NCBI GenBank assembly: GCA_963642145.1
Contig: CAVIFU010000001.1
Coordinates: 4,645-68,644 of the forward strand
DNA length: 64,000 nucleotides
Reading direction: 5' to 3'
From: Ruminococcus bicirculans (ex Wegman et al. 2014)
Lineage (GTDB): Bacteria; Bacillota; Clostridia; Christensenellales; DTU072
Of the stretch, positions 44,028-52,645 are shown one piece after another (positions within the stretch are counted from its first letter, which is position 1; every line of letters starts with the position of its first letter). Below the pieces are notes generated by a model, which saw only the letters and a program-made list of their open reading frames with translations, did no database searches and was not told the DNA's origin. A program made the position numbers and the translations under genes.

Positions 44028-44260
44028 GCACAAGCACGGTGTCCACTCCGAGAGGCTTCTCGGCGCGTCCCCCCCCGGGCGGTAGCCCGATAAGAAAATC
44101 TATGGGAGACAGCTCTTGTCCCCCCAAGCCCCCTTCTCATAATTTTCCCCCGATTCGTGGCTCCACATAAACCGTGTGCCCCGCGTCTCGAATGACATTT
44201 TTGGGGTTATCAACATTTTTTAGACATCACAATTAGAGCGCCCGGCGCTCTTTTCATTTT
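44028..44260 (+). other. GC-rich, C-tract-rich structured segment ending in a terminator-like hairpin; candidate ncRNA, long 3' UTR or ssDNA origin/packaging region
   Basis: C8 (44069-44076), C6 (44120-44125), C5 (44129-44133), C5 (44147-44151), C4 (44179-44182). Local hairpins are CCGAGA-ggct-TCTCGG and GGGAGAC..GTCCCCC. Possible long-range pairing CACGGTGTCCAC / GTGG..ACCGTG. AGAGCG-cccgg-CGCTCT plus a T-run lies at 44235-44260. There is no ORF of 60 aa or more on either strand. Confidence 0.4.
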
Positions 44261-44308
44261 ATCTGCAATTTTTAGAAAAAATTACTCTTTACTTAATTTC
44301 AATCTATT

Positions 44309-44350
44309 TTGTCAAAATAACTTGACAACGTCTTTTTTAGTATATATAAT
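44309..44350 (+). promoter_or_regulatory. second copy of the operator palindrome plus TTGACA-17-TATAAT promoter
   Basis: TTGTCAA (44309-44315) N6 TTGACAA (44322-44328); -10 at 44345-44350. Nearly identical to 42551-42592. Confidence 0.6.
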
Positions 44351-44356
44351 CGTCTC

Positions 44357-44432
44357 AATGGTAACGCGATTCCTTGTGAATCATGGCTTCTGTTCTTTAT
44401 GAATGATGGCACGGCGTTACCATTATTTTTTT
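44357..44432 (+). ncRNA. third copy of the hairpin sRNA (same closing stem and inner GATTC/GAATC hairpin, diverged central part)
   Basis: AATGGTAACGC (44357-44367) / GCGTTACCATT (44414-44424) followed by T7. Confidence 0.45.
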
Positions 44433-44467
44433 GTCTTCTTTAAGTAATTGTCCTTAGCTTTATCACC
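44423..44467 (-). pseudogene. 3'-terminal remnant of a third Lys-rich small-protein gene (..GDKAKDNYLKKTKK*)
   Basis: Reverse translation gives GDKAKDNYLKKTKK-stop, versus GDKAKDNYLKKIKK-stop in the 119-aa ORF. An in-frame stop lies a few codons upstream and there is no start. Confidence 0.6.
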
Positions 44468-44515
44468 GTTGTTCCTTGTCCACGTTTATAGCCGATTGAC
44501 AAAGCAATAATGAAA

Positions 44516-45751
44516 TTATTTTGAGTTAAGCAAAGCGTCTATACATTCTGCGAGCGCGATTTTGAAGTGCTGATAGGTCAAGCCGCCTTGGAGATAGGCT
44601 ATGTAAGGCTCTTTCACGGGAGCGTCGGAAGAAAGCTCTATTGAAGAGCCTTGAACGAATGTGCCGGCAGCCATGATAATTTCGTCTTCGTAGCCGGGTG
44701 TGCCGCACGGAACGGGCAGAGCGAAGCTGTCTACAGGTGAAGAATGTTGTATTTTTTGGATAAATGATATAAGTTCGTTTGCCGAATTAAGCTTAACCGA
44801 GCAAATTATGTCATTGGGGAGAGTCCCGGGCTTCGGGATGACGTCATAACCGAGGGCAGACAGCGCATACGAGGCAAGAACGGTGCCTTTTAATGCATTG
44901 GCAACGACAGACGGGGCCAAAAAGAATCCTTCATAGAACGGCATATAAGAGCCGTAATACGAGCCGATCTCTGTTCCTACCGACGGCGCGGTTAGTCGAT
45001 ACCCTATTTGTTCCAACAGATCGCTTCTACCTGCGATATAACCGCCTGTCGGAGCGATACCGCCACCGGCGTTTTTTATTAGCGAACCCACTATCACATC
45101 TGCTCCGACCTCTGTCGGCTCATGCTTTTCTACGAATTCACCGTAGCAATTGTCCACGAAAACGATGACGTTCGCGTCAACTGCCCTAATTGTTTTGATT
45201 ACATCGCCAATGTATTCGACAGAGAACGCGTCTCTCGAACTGTATCCGCGTGAACGAGTAATCATTATCAGTTTAGGGTGCCTATATTTGATAAATTCCG
45301 TAACGGCGTCGATGTCGATAAAGTTATTTTTTAGCTCAATCTCTTCGTATCCGATGTTATAATCGGCAAGGGAACCGATATTTTTACCTTTGATGACTTC
45401 CGTGAGTGTGTCGTAGGGAGAGCCCGTTATGCTGACCATTAAGTCACCGGGGCGCAGCAGTCCGAATAACGCTACCGTTAGCGTATGGGTGCCGGAAAGA
45501 AGATTGGGAGAGACGATTGCCGCTTCCGCACCGAATACCGTTGCAAAGACTTTACCTAAGGTTTCGCGCCCCTCATCGCCGTAGCCGTATCCGGTTGTCG
45601 GCACGAAGTGCCTCACCGCAACGCGGTGTTCCCTAAATGCGTCCAAAACTTTTTTTTGATTGAAGAGTGCTATATCTCCGTCGAGTTTTTTGAATAGCGG
45701 TTCTGCTTGAATTTCGGCATTATTGATTATCTCTGCTGTCTTTTGCAACAT
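44516..45751 (-). CDS. YnbB / 'aluminium resistance' family PLP enzyme (methionine gamma-lyase-like, PF06838-type)
   Basis: VL.AF.......HF..TTGYGY.D.GR..L..VFA.VFGAE.A.V....SGTH.L pattern; 411 aa. Confidence 0.85.
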   Translation of the reverse strand: MLQKTAEIINNAEIQAEPLFKKLDGDIALFNQKKVLDAFREHRVAVRHFVPTTGYGYGDEGRETLGKVFATVFGAEAAIVSPNLLSGTHTLTVALFGLLRPGDLMVSITGSPYDTLTEVIKGKNIGSLADYNIGYEEIELKNNFIDIDAVTEFIKYRHPKLIMITRSRGYSSRDAFSVEYIGDVIKTIRAVDANVIVFVDNCYGEFVEKHEPTEVGADVIVGSLIKNAGGGIAPTGGYIAGRSDLLEQIGYRLTAPSVGTEIGSYYGSYMPFYEGFFLAPSVVANALKGTVLASYALSALGYDVIPKPGTLPNDIICSVKLNSANELISFIQKIQHSSPVDSFALPVPCGTPGYEDEIIMAAGTFVQGSSIELSSDAPVKEPYIAYLQGGLTYQHFKIALAECIDALLNSK

Positions 45752-45768
45752 GTTTTACCTCTTATTAT

Positions 45769-46683
45769 TTAGCGATTAATGCTTTTTGCATGTGATTTTA
45801 TATATTCCGCAAGCTCTTTTGCCCCGAGAGTATCGGTTGCGAGCTTTTGGGAGTAGTCATATTTTTTGTTATTAAACCACGTTTCTTGGCGTTTGGCATA
45901 CGCTTTGGTGTTTTTCGATATAAGTTCCGCCGTTTCCGCAAGCGAGGCGTTAGCGTAGAAGTAATTACGCCATTCTTTGTACCCTATTGCTTGCATGGAT
46001 TGCAAATCGAATCCGTAGCCTTTGTCCAAAAGAGCTTTAACCTCCGACTCCAATCCGTTTTGCATCATCTTGTCTATGCGTAAGTCAATACGTTTGCGTA
46101 GAGAATTGCGATCGCGCGTTATGACATAGAAGTCGAAATCTTCTATCGGCATAAGCTCCGCTTTTTGCGATGAGATCGGCTTGCCGGTAGATATTGCCAC
46201 ATACAAAGCGCGCAATACGCGCACGGTGTTGTTCGCGTGCGTCTTTTGAGCCGAAACGGGATCTACTTCTTCGAGCATGGCGTGCATGTGTTCGGCGCCG
46301 TAGAGCGCGAGTTCGTTTTTGAGCTTGGTTTTCAAAGTTTCATCGACGACGCCCGCTCCGCCGTAGTCCATTTTGTATAGCAGTGAGTCAATGTATAACC
46401 CCGTTCCCCCTACTATGATCGGGACTTTTCCGCGAGAATCGATGTCGCGCAGGGCATTTACGGCAAGGTTGTGCCAGTCAACGACGGTGAACGGCTCATT
46501 CGGATAGACAACGTCGATAAGGTGCTGTTTTACGTCCGATTCGACCTCTTTTGCAGTGCCTACGTCCATGCCCTTATATATTTGCATCGAGTCCGCCGAT
46601 ATAATTTCTCCATCTATGAGCTTGGCAAGTTCTATGGCAACGGAAGATTTCCCGGTAGCCGTCGCTCCGCCGATGATTATCAT
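45769..46683 (-). CDS. miaA: tRNA dimethylallyltransferase
   Basis: IIIGGATATGKSSVAIELAK P-loop, SADSMQIYKGMDVGTAK, PIIVGGTGLY. Confidence 0.95.
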   Translation of the reverse strand: MIIIGGATATGKSSVAIELAKLIDGEIISADSMQIYKGMDVGTAKEVESDVKQHLIDVVYPNEPFTVVDWHNLAVNALRDIDSRGKVPIIVGGTGLYIDSLLYKMDYGGAGVVDETLKTKLKNELALYGAEHMHAMLEEVDPVSAQKTHANNTVRVLRALYVAISTGKPISSQKAELMPIEDFDFYVITRDRNSLRKRIDLRIDKMMQNGLESEVKALLDKGYGFDLQSMQAIGYKEWRNYFYANASLAETAELISKNTKAYAKRQETWFNNKKYDYSQKLATDTLGAKELAEYIKSHAKSINR

Positions 46684-48611
46684 ACTTTTCTCCTAAACAT
46701 CTTTTCGAACTCGGATTTGGTATAGATAACGGCGGTGGGTCTGCCGTGCGGACATTGTAGCGGCAAACTTCCTTTTGTAAAGTAATCCATAACGAGAGCA
46801 ATTTGTTCGGGACCGAATTCGGTGTTGCCTTTAATGGCGGCTTTACATGCCATGGACGCGAAGCGATCCTTGCCGATGTCGGTTACGGTAAGTTTCTGTT
46901 TGCCGAGCGCAAGTTCTTCCGTGATTGAGTTAAAGCAGTCGATTACGTCAAGATGTTCGGCAAGAATAGCCGGGACGCCGTCTATTTTTATAGCGTCCGA
47001 GCCGAATTCGCTTATTTCGAATCCGCAGGCGCGGAGAGCCGACGCCGATTTAAGTAGCAGACTTATTTTTTCATTTGTCGATTCGTAAATATACGGAATC
47101 ATCAGGGATTGAATCGGAACTTCATTAGCCTCGATTTCGCCGACAAATTTATCGAATAATATGCGTTCGTGCATGGCGTGCTGATCGATAAGCAAGAGCT
47201 TATCTCCGGATTCTATCGCAAGATACGTTCCGAAAATTTGACCGATTACTTTGTATGAGGGCTTAATTAGCGGTTCCGCAACGTCGGGAGCCGTTACGCA
47301 CTCGTCAATTGTCAATTCCGATGTGCTCGGAGCGTCGCGCACGACGTCTTTTGTCTTTGCATTCACGGTGTGTATCGTGAGTTTTTCGGGCTTGACGATT
47401 AAAGAAATCGGAGAAGCGCTTTCGCTTACTTTTGGCGATGACTTTTGAGAAGTTCCGCTTATCAGCGAGATGGCGCTCAGTATATCGAGAGTCGGTTCTT
47501 CTTTGGCGATCTCATTGTTCAAAGGAGATGCGCTTTGCTTAGAGGATGTTGGCTGAGTCTTCGCGCTTACATCGCAGTCGGACGAATTTTGCGTCAACTC
47601 CGCCATTAAGTTATGACGTTTTTCAAACTCGTACGAGTCAAGAGCACGGCAAACGGCATTATAGATTTTGCCGTAAACGCTTCTCGGGTGGGCGAATCGA
47701 ACTTCTTTTTTGCTCGGGTGCACGTTAACGTCCACGTCGTCAAACGGCATAACTATATTCAAAACGTACACCGGGAAGCATCTCGACATAAGCCGTGAAC
47801 CGTATGCGTTTTGTATCGTTGCGGATATGGTTTGGTCTACGATAATTCTGCCGTTCAGCACAACGGTTTGCATCGACTTATTGTTTTTGAATACATCCGG
47901 CGGCGTTATATAACCGCTTACGGTTATTGCGTCGGATTCGTTCGGTTGTAACTCTATAAAGCTTTCGGCAATTTTTTGCGGAAATATCGAGTCTATAGCG
48001 TCCTGTAAGCCCGTTCCGCCGGAACTGTAAATCAACGTATCGTCGGCATAATAGCGCACGGCGACGCCGGGATTTGCCAAAATAAACTTAAAAATCAGTT
48101 TGTCGACGGCTGTTTCCTCTACGCTTTTCGATCCCAAGAATTTATACCTTGCCGGAGTGTTAAAGAAAAGATTTCGCACGATAACGGTCGTACCGCGTTC
48201 TATCGCTACGTCCCCGATTTCGCTTTCACCGTTTTTGAACTTCAAGAAAGCTCCGCAATCGGAATCGATGTATCTCGAACGTATTTCAAAATCGGATACT
48301 GCGGATATGGAAGCAAGGGCTTCGCCTCTGAATCCGAGTGTGGATATCAGATCGAGGTCGTTAGCCGTAGCAATTTTACTTGTCGCGTGAGGCAGTATCG
48401 TTTTACGAAGTTCCTCTTTGGGTATGCCGCAACCGTCATCCGAAACTTCGATGGACTTAATTCCGCCGTCCATAATGCTTACGGTTAAGTTGCTTGCTCC
48501 GGCGTCCACTGCGTTTTCCATTAGCTCTTTTACGACGGAAGCCGGATTTTCTACCACTTCACCGGCGGAAATTCTGTTATAGACGCTGCTGTCAAGTAAA
48601 TTTATTTTCAT
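46680..48611 (-). CDS. mutL: DNA mismatch repair protein MutL
   Basis: I..L......RISAGEVVENPASVVKELMENA.DAGA GHKL ATPase N-terminus, GFRGEAL, and a C-terminal dimerisation domain (..CPHGRPT). Confidence 0.96.
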   Translation of the reverse strand: MKINLLDSSVYNRISAGEVVENPASVVKELMENAVDAGASNLTVSIMDGGIKSIEVSDDGCGIPKEELRKTILPHATSKIATANDLDLISTLGFRGEALASISAVSDFEIRSRYIDSDCGAFLKFKNGESEIGDVAIERGTTVIVRNLFFNTPARYKFLGSKSVEETAVDKLIFKFILANPGVAVRYYADDTLIYSSGGTGLQDAIDSIFPQKIAESFIELQPNESDAITVSGYITPPDVFKNNKSMQTVVLNGRIIVDQTISATIQNAYGSRLMSRCFPVYVLNIVMPFDDVDVNVHPSKKEVRFAHPRSVYGKIYNAVCRALDSYEFEKRHNLMAELTQNSSDCDVSAKTQPTSSKQSASPLNNEIAKEEPTLDILSAISLISGTSQKSSPKVSESASPISLIVKPEKLTIHTVNAKTKDVVRDAPSTSELTIDECVTAPDVAEPLIKPSYKVIGQIFGTYLAIESGDKLLLIDQHAMHERILFDKFVGEIEANEVPIQSLMIPYIYESTNEKISLLLKSASALRACGFEISEFGSDAIKIDGVPAILAEHLDVIDCFNSITEELALGKQKLTVTDIGKDRFASMACKAAIKGNTEFGPEQIALVMDYFTKGSLPLQCPHGRPTAVIYTKSEFEKMFRRKV

Positions 48612-51253
48612 TTTTTCCTCTTACTTCCGATTGGCTTAACCGATCTTTGGAGATTGCTGAGAATCGTAAGCGCTTGCATGGGCGTTATGGATTCTATATC
48701 GATATCATTCAGTATGGAGGCGAGTTCGTTATACTTATCATCGTTTTCGAACATACCTATTTGCGTTGTCGGTACGGCGTTTTCGGATGGATTTTGCAGG
48801 ATTTTGGTATTCAAACTACCCTCAGAGTTTTCCTCGATTGCGCTCATTACGCCGTTTGCGCGATCAATGATTTTCTTGTCGATACCTGCAAGTGAGGCAA
48901 CTTCTATACCGAAGCTCTTGTTTGCGCCTCCGCGCGCCACTTTGTACAAGAATGTAATATCTCCGCCCGTATCTTTAATCAAAACGTGATAATTTTTGAG
49001 CCCGGGAAGGCTTTTTTCGAGTTCCGACAGCTCGTGATAATGCGTCGCGAATAAAGTTTTGGCGTGTAGCTTGAATGCGATATGCTCGACTATTGCCCAC
49101 GCTATACTCAGTCCGTCCAACGTTGAAGTTCCCCTACCGATTTCATCCAGTATCAGCAAAGAATCGCTTGTCGCGTTATTGAGAATGTTTGCCATTTCGG
49201 TCATTTCAACCATGAATGTCGATTGCCCGTAGGCTACGTTATCGCTTGCGCCTACTCTCGTGAACACTCTGTCGACAATGCCTATCTCCGCTTGCGCCGC
49301 GGGCACGTATGAGCCCATATGCGCCATCAAAACTATAAGCGCGACTTGCCTCATGTACGTCGATTTACCTGCCATATTCGGACCGGTAATTATCAGTATG
49401 TTGCTGTCATCTGTCAAGACGGTATCGTTTGCCACAAACTCGTTACGACGTTTGAGCGCCTCCACAACGGGATGTCTGCCGTCTTTGATGACAATATTCT
49501 TGTTCTGCGAAGAAACCTTCGGCTTGCAGTAATTGTTGGTAACGGCAACTACGGCAAGAGAATATATCAAATCTATTTCCGCTATGGCAACCGAGTTTGT
49601 TTGTAGCGTTGGCACGACTGCGGCAAGCTCGGATTTTACCTCGGCGAACATGAGCGCTTCGAGATCGAGAGCTTTTTCCTCTGCACCGAGTATAATCTCC
49701 TCCATTTTTTTGAGTTCATCGGTGATATATCTTTCGCCGTTAGCTAAGGTTTGCTTACGCTCGAAACGGTAAGGAACGTGATCCAAATTCGACTTGCTTA
49801 CTTCTATGTAATACCCGAATACACGGTTATACCCTATTTTCAGTTGTTTAATGCCTGTTTCTTCCTTTTCACGAGCTTCGTATTCGGCGAGCCATTTTTT
49901 TGCGGAGGATTTTGCACTGCGCAATTTATCCAACTCGGCGTTACATCCGGTGCGGAAAACTCCGCCCTCTTTCAGCGTCGTGGGCGGCGTATCGACGAAA
50001 GCTTTCATGACTTTGGAGGCAATTTCGGTAAGCGGATTCAGTAAATCTCTGAGCGTTACCAACATTTTTGACTTCGTTGTCGAGAGAGCTTTGACAATTT
50101 CGGGGATGCGTTCGAGTGAAAAACATATCGCTTGCGCCTCACGAGGGTTAAGTGTGTTATACGCAAGCTTATTGCATAAGCGTTCTATGTCGCGTACGGA
50201 GCCGAGCGCATCGCCGAGGCTTTCGCGCATGCGAGAGTGCGTCACGAGGTCCTCTACGGCGTCTAAACGTTGTTGTATGTCCTCTTGTTTGCGGAAAGGT
50301 TCGTTGATTGTCTTGCGCAAAAGTCGAGTGCCCATATTCGTGCGCGTTTTATCCATTACCCAGTACAGGCTGCCGACTTTGCTATGGTCAAAGATTGTTT
50401 CCGTCAATTCGAGATTACGACGGGTGTTGTAGTCAAGGAACATTTTGTCGTCGTCCCTGACGATTTTCGGAGTACGAATATGGGTCAATTTGCGCTTTTG
50501 GGTATTGGAAATATAGTCGAGCAGACCTCCCAATGCGTTAACGAGCACGCCGTCGGTGAGTCCCAAAGAGGCAAGCGTGTATACCCCGTAGAACGAATTC
50601 ACGGTATTTCGAGCGTTGTCTGCGTCAAACGCGTATCCGTAGTACGATTGAGGCGACGGAAGTTTGCCTACCGATACGGATTCGGTATTTTTCAGTAGTG
50701 CAAACGCCGAAGGATCCGCGATAATTTCGGACGGAGCCAAGGATAACAGATAATCTTCCAAAGATTTGCTCTTTGTCAGCTCTGCGACTTTAACCTCTCC
50801 CGTAGAAACATCCGCCCAAGCCACGCCTATCGTTTTTCCGCTTGCGGCGACGGAAACGAGATAGCAGTTTTTTGAAGCGTCAAGCATTTCGTCATCGGTA
50901 ACGGTGCCTGCCGTAATAACCCTCGTAACATCGCGTTTGACGATGCCTTTTTGGTCACCCGGGGCGGTTAATTGTTCGCAAATGGCTACTTTTTTACCGC
51001 ATTTTACGAGTTTTGCTATGTAATTATCAACCGCATGATAAGGAACTCCGCACATCGGGGCGCGCTCTTCCAATCCGCAATCGCGACCGGTTAAAGTCAG
51101 ATCGAGCAGCTTGCTTGCTTCGATTGCGTCTTCATAAAACATTTCATAGAAGTCGCCTAACCTATACATGAGTATGGTGTCGGGATATTCCGACTTTATG
51201 TCACGATAATGTTGCATCATCGGGGACAGCGTTTTTTCTTTTTGTGCGCTCAT
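48608..51253 (-). CDS. mutS: DNA mismatch repair protein MutS
   Basis: TPMMQHY...K.......L.YRLGDFYEMF mismatch-binding N-terminus, GPNMAGKSTYMRQ Walker A, DEIGRGTST.DG. Confidence 0.97.
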   Translation of the reverse strand: MSAQKEKTLSPMMQHYRDIKSEYPDTILMYRLGDFYEMFYEDAIEASKLLDLTLTGRDCGLEERAPMCGVPYHAVDNYIAKLVKCGKKVAICEQLTAPGDQKGIVKRDVTRVITAGTVTDDEMLDASKNCYLVSVAASGKTIGVAWADVSTGEVKVAELTKSKSLEDYLLSLAPSEIIADPSAFALLKNTESVSVGKLPSPQSYYGYAFDADNARNTVNSFYGVYTLASLGLTDGVLVNALGGLLDYISNTQKRKLTHIRTPKIVRDDDKMFLDYNTRRNLELTETIFDHSKVGSLYWVMDKTRTNMGTRLLRKTINEPFRKQEDIQQRLDAVEDLVTHSRMRESLGDALGSVRDIERLCNKLAYNTLNPREAQAICFSLERIPEIVKALSTTKSKMLVTLRDLLNPLTEIASKVMKAFVDTPPTTLKEGGVFRTGCNAELDKLRSAKSSAKKWLAEYEAREKEETGIKQLKIGYNRVFGYYIEVSKSNLDHVPYRFERKQTLANGERYITDELKKMEEIILGAEEKALDLEALMFAEVKSELAAVVPTLQTNSVAIAEIDLIYSLAVVAVTNNYCKPKVSSQNKNIVIKDGRHPVVEALKRRNEFVANDTVLTDDSNILIITGPNMAGKSTYMRQVALIVLMAHMGSYVPAAQAEIGIVDRVFTRVGASDNVAYGQSTFMVEMTEMANILNNATSDSLLILDEIGRGTSTLDGLSIAWAIVEHIAFKLHAKTLFATHYHELSELEKSLPGLKNYHVLIKDTGGDITFLYKVARGGANKSFGIEVASLAGIDKKIIDRANGVMSAIEENSEGSLNTKILQNPSENAVPTTQIGMFENDDKYNELASILNDIDIESITPMQALTILSNLQRSVKPIGSKRKK

Positions 51254-52575
51254 TCTTTTTCTCCGAACAGAGCAGATGCTCTGTGTGATTTGATTTTTAC
51301 GTTTACAAAGTTACCGATTTCGCTTTTGTCGCCGTCAAAGGTTACCAATCTGCCACAATCGGTGCGTCCGCAAAGTTTGCCTTCGGACGGCGCGTCTTCA
51401 ACGAGAACTTCGTATGTTTTGCCGATATAGCTTTCGCTTATTTCTACCGAAATCGCATTTTGCAGTTCAATGAGGCGCATGATCCTATCTTGTTTAATTT
51501 CGTACGGGATTTGCTCCATTTGAGCGGCAATCGTGCCTCTGCGCGGTGAATAGATAAAGGTGAAAGCGTTGCTGTAACGGACTTTTTCCACTAAGTCCAT
51601 GGTGTCGGCGAAGTCTTCTTCCGTTTCTCCCGGGAAACCTACCATTATATCCGTAGTGATACCGCATTCAGGCATATAACGGCGTATCAGGTCGATAAGA
51701 TAAAGGTAGCGTTTGCGATCATAGTGCCGATTCATGGCTTTGAGTATCCGATCCGAACCGGCTTGTACGGGAAGATGAACGTTCTTTGCAAAATTAGGAG
51801 TTTCGGCAATAAGTTTAATTACGTCTTCCGATAAGTCCTTAGGATGCGACGTCATGAAACGTAAGCGGAATTTACCGTCGATTTTTGCAATTTCTTTGAG
51901 TAAACCGTAGAAATTCGTGCCGTCCGACAAGTCCGAGCCGTATGAGTCAACGTTTTGACCGAGTAAAGTAATTTCTTTGTAACCGTCTTTGAGTAGCGAT
52001 TTAATTTCACCGAGAACGGCGTCCATCGACCTACTGCGCTCGCGACCGCGCACATACGGAACTATGCAATAAGTGCAGAAGTTATTACAGCCGTACATGA
52101 TGTTCACCCACGCGTTCGGATAAGAGGTTCTCGTCACCGGTACGTCTTCTATTATGTCCGGCTTATCGTCTTTTGCGATACTTACGACTTTACCGCGATG
52201 GCGCGCTCTTCGCGCGTTTAATTCGTCAATTTTTTGGGGGAGCATATGCACATTTGTCGTTCCGAGAACGATATCTACAAAAGGAAATCTCTCGGCTACC
52301 GTTTTCGCCATATCGTCTTGCTGCGTCATACACCCTACGATTACAATAATCAACGATCTGTCGCGCGCTTTGAGGGCTTTCAGTTCCCCGATGTTGCCGA
52401 ATATCTTTTTTTCGGCGGTATCTCTTATACAGCAAGTGTTGAACACGATTATATTTGCGTGTTCGCGTTCGTTTGTGGGCTCATATCCCAACGACGTAAG
52501 CATACCGGCAATTTTTTCCGATTCATGCAGGTTCATTTGACATCCGAATGTCTCTATATAATAATATTGGCTCAT
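51250..52575 (-). CDS. miaB: tRNA-2-methylthio-N6-dimethylallyladenosine synthase
   Basis: Y.ETFGCQMN..ES UPF0004 N-terminus, radical SAM CNNFCTYCIVP, TRAM C-terminus. Confidence 0.95.
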   Translation of the reverse strand: MSQYYYIETFGCQMNLHESEKIAGMLTSLGYEPTNEREHANIIVFNTCCIRDTAEKKIFGNIGELKALKARDRSLIIVIVGCMTQQDDMAKTVAERFPFVDIVLGTTNVHMLPQKIDELNARRARHRGKVVSIAKDDKPDIIEDVPVTRTSYPNAWVNIMYGCNNFCTYCIVPYVRGRERSRSMDAVLGEIKSLLKDGYKEITLLGQNVDSYGSDLSDGTNFYGLLKEIAKIDGKFRLRFMTSHPKDLSEDVIKLIAETPNFAKNVHLPVQAGSDRILKAMNRHYDRKRYLYLIDLIRRYMPECGITTDIMVGFPGETEEDFADTMDLVEKVRYSNAFTFIYSPRRGTIAAQMEQIPYEIKQDRIMRLIELQNAISVEISESYIGKTYEVLVEDAPSEGKLCGRTDCGRLVTFDGDKSEIGNFVNVKIKSHRASALFGEKE

Positions 52576-52645
52576 GCCTTATAGTATAGCGCATGCGCGC
52601 GCAATAATCAAGCATAATCCTCAGATTGCGACTCATACTAATGAC

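Larger units (their letters stand above)
38640..44510 (-). mobile_element. AT-rich accessory island; candidate integrated inovirus-like or novel element (boundaries approximate)
   Basis: Housekeeping genes flank it on both sides and a tyrosine recombinase is adjacent. It is visibly AT-richer than the flanks. It holds a Zot-like membrane NTPase, tiny TM ORFs, duplicated modules, a truncated gene remnant at the right edge, and many hairpins and consensus promoters. Confidence 0.5.
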
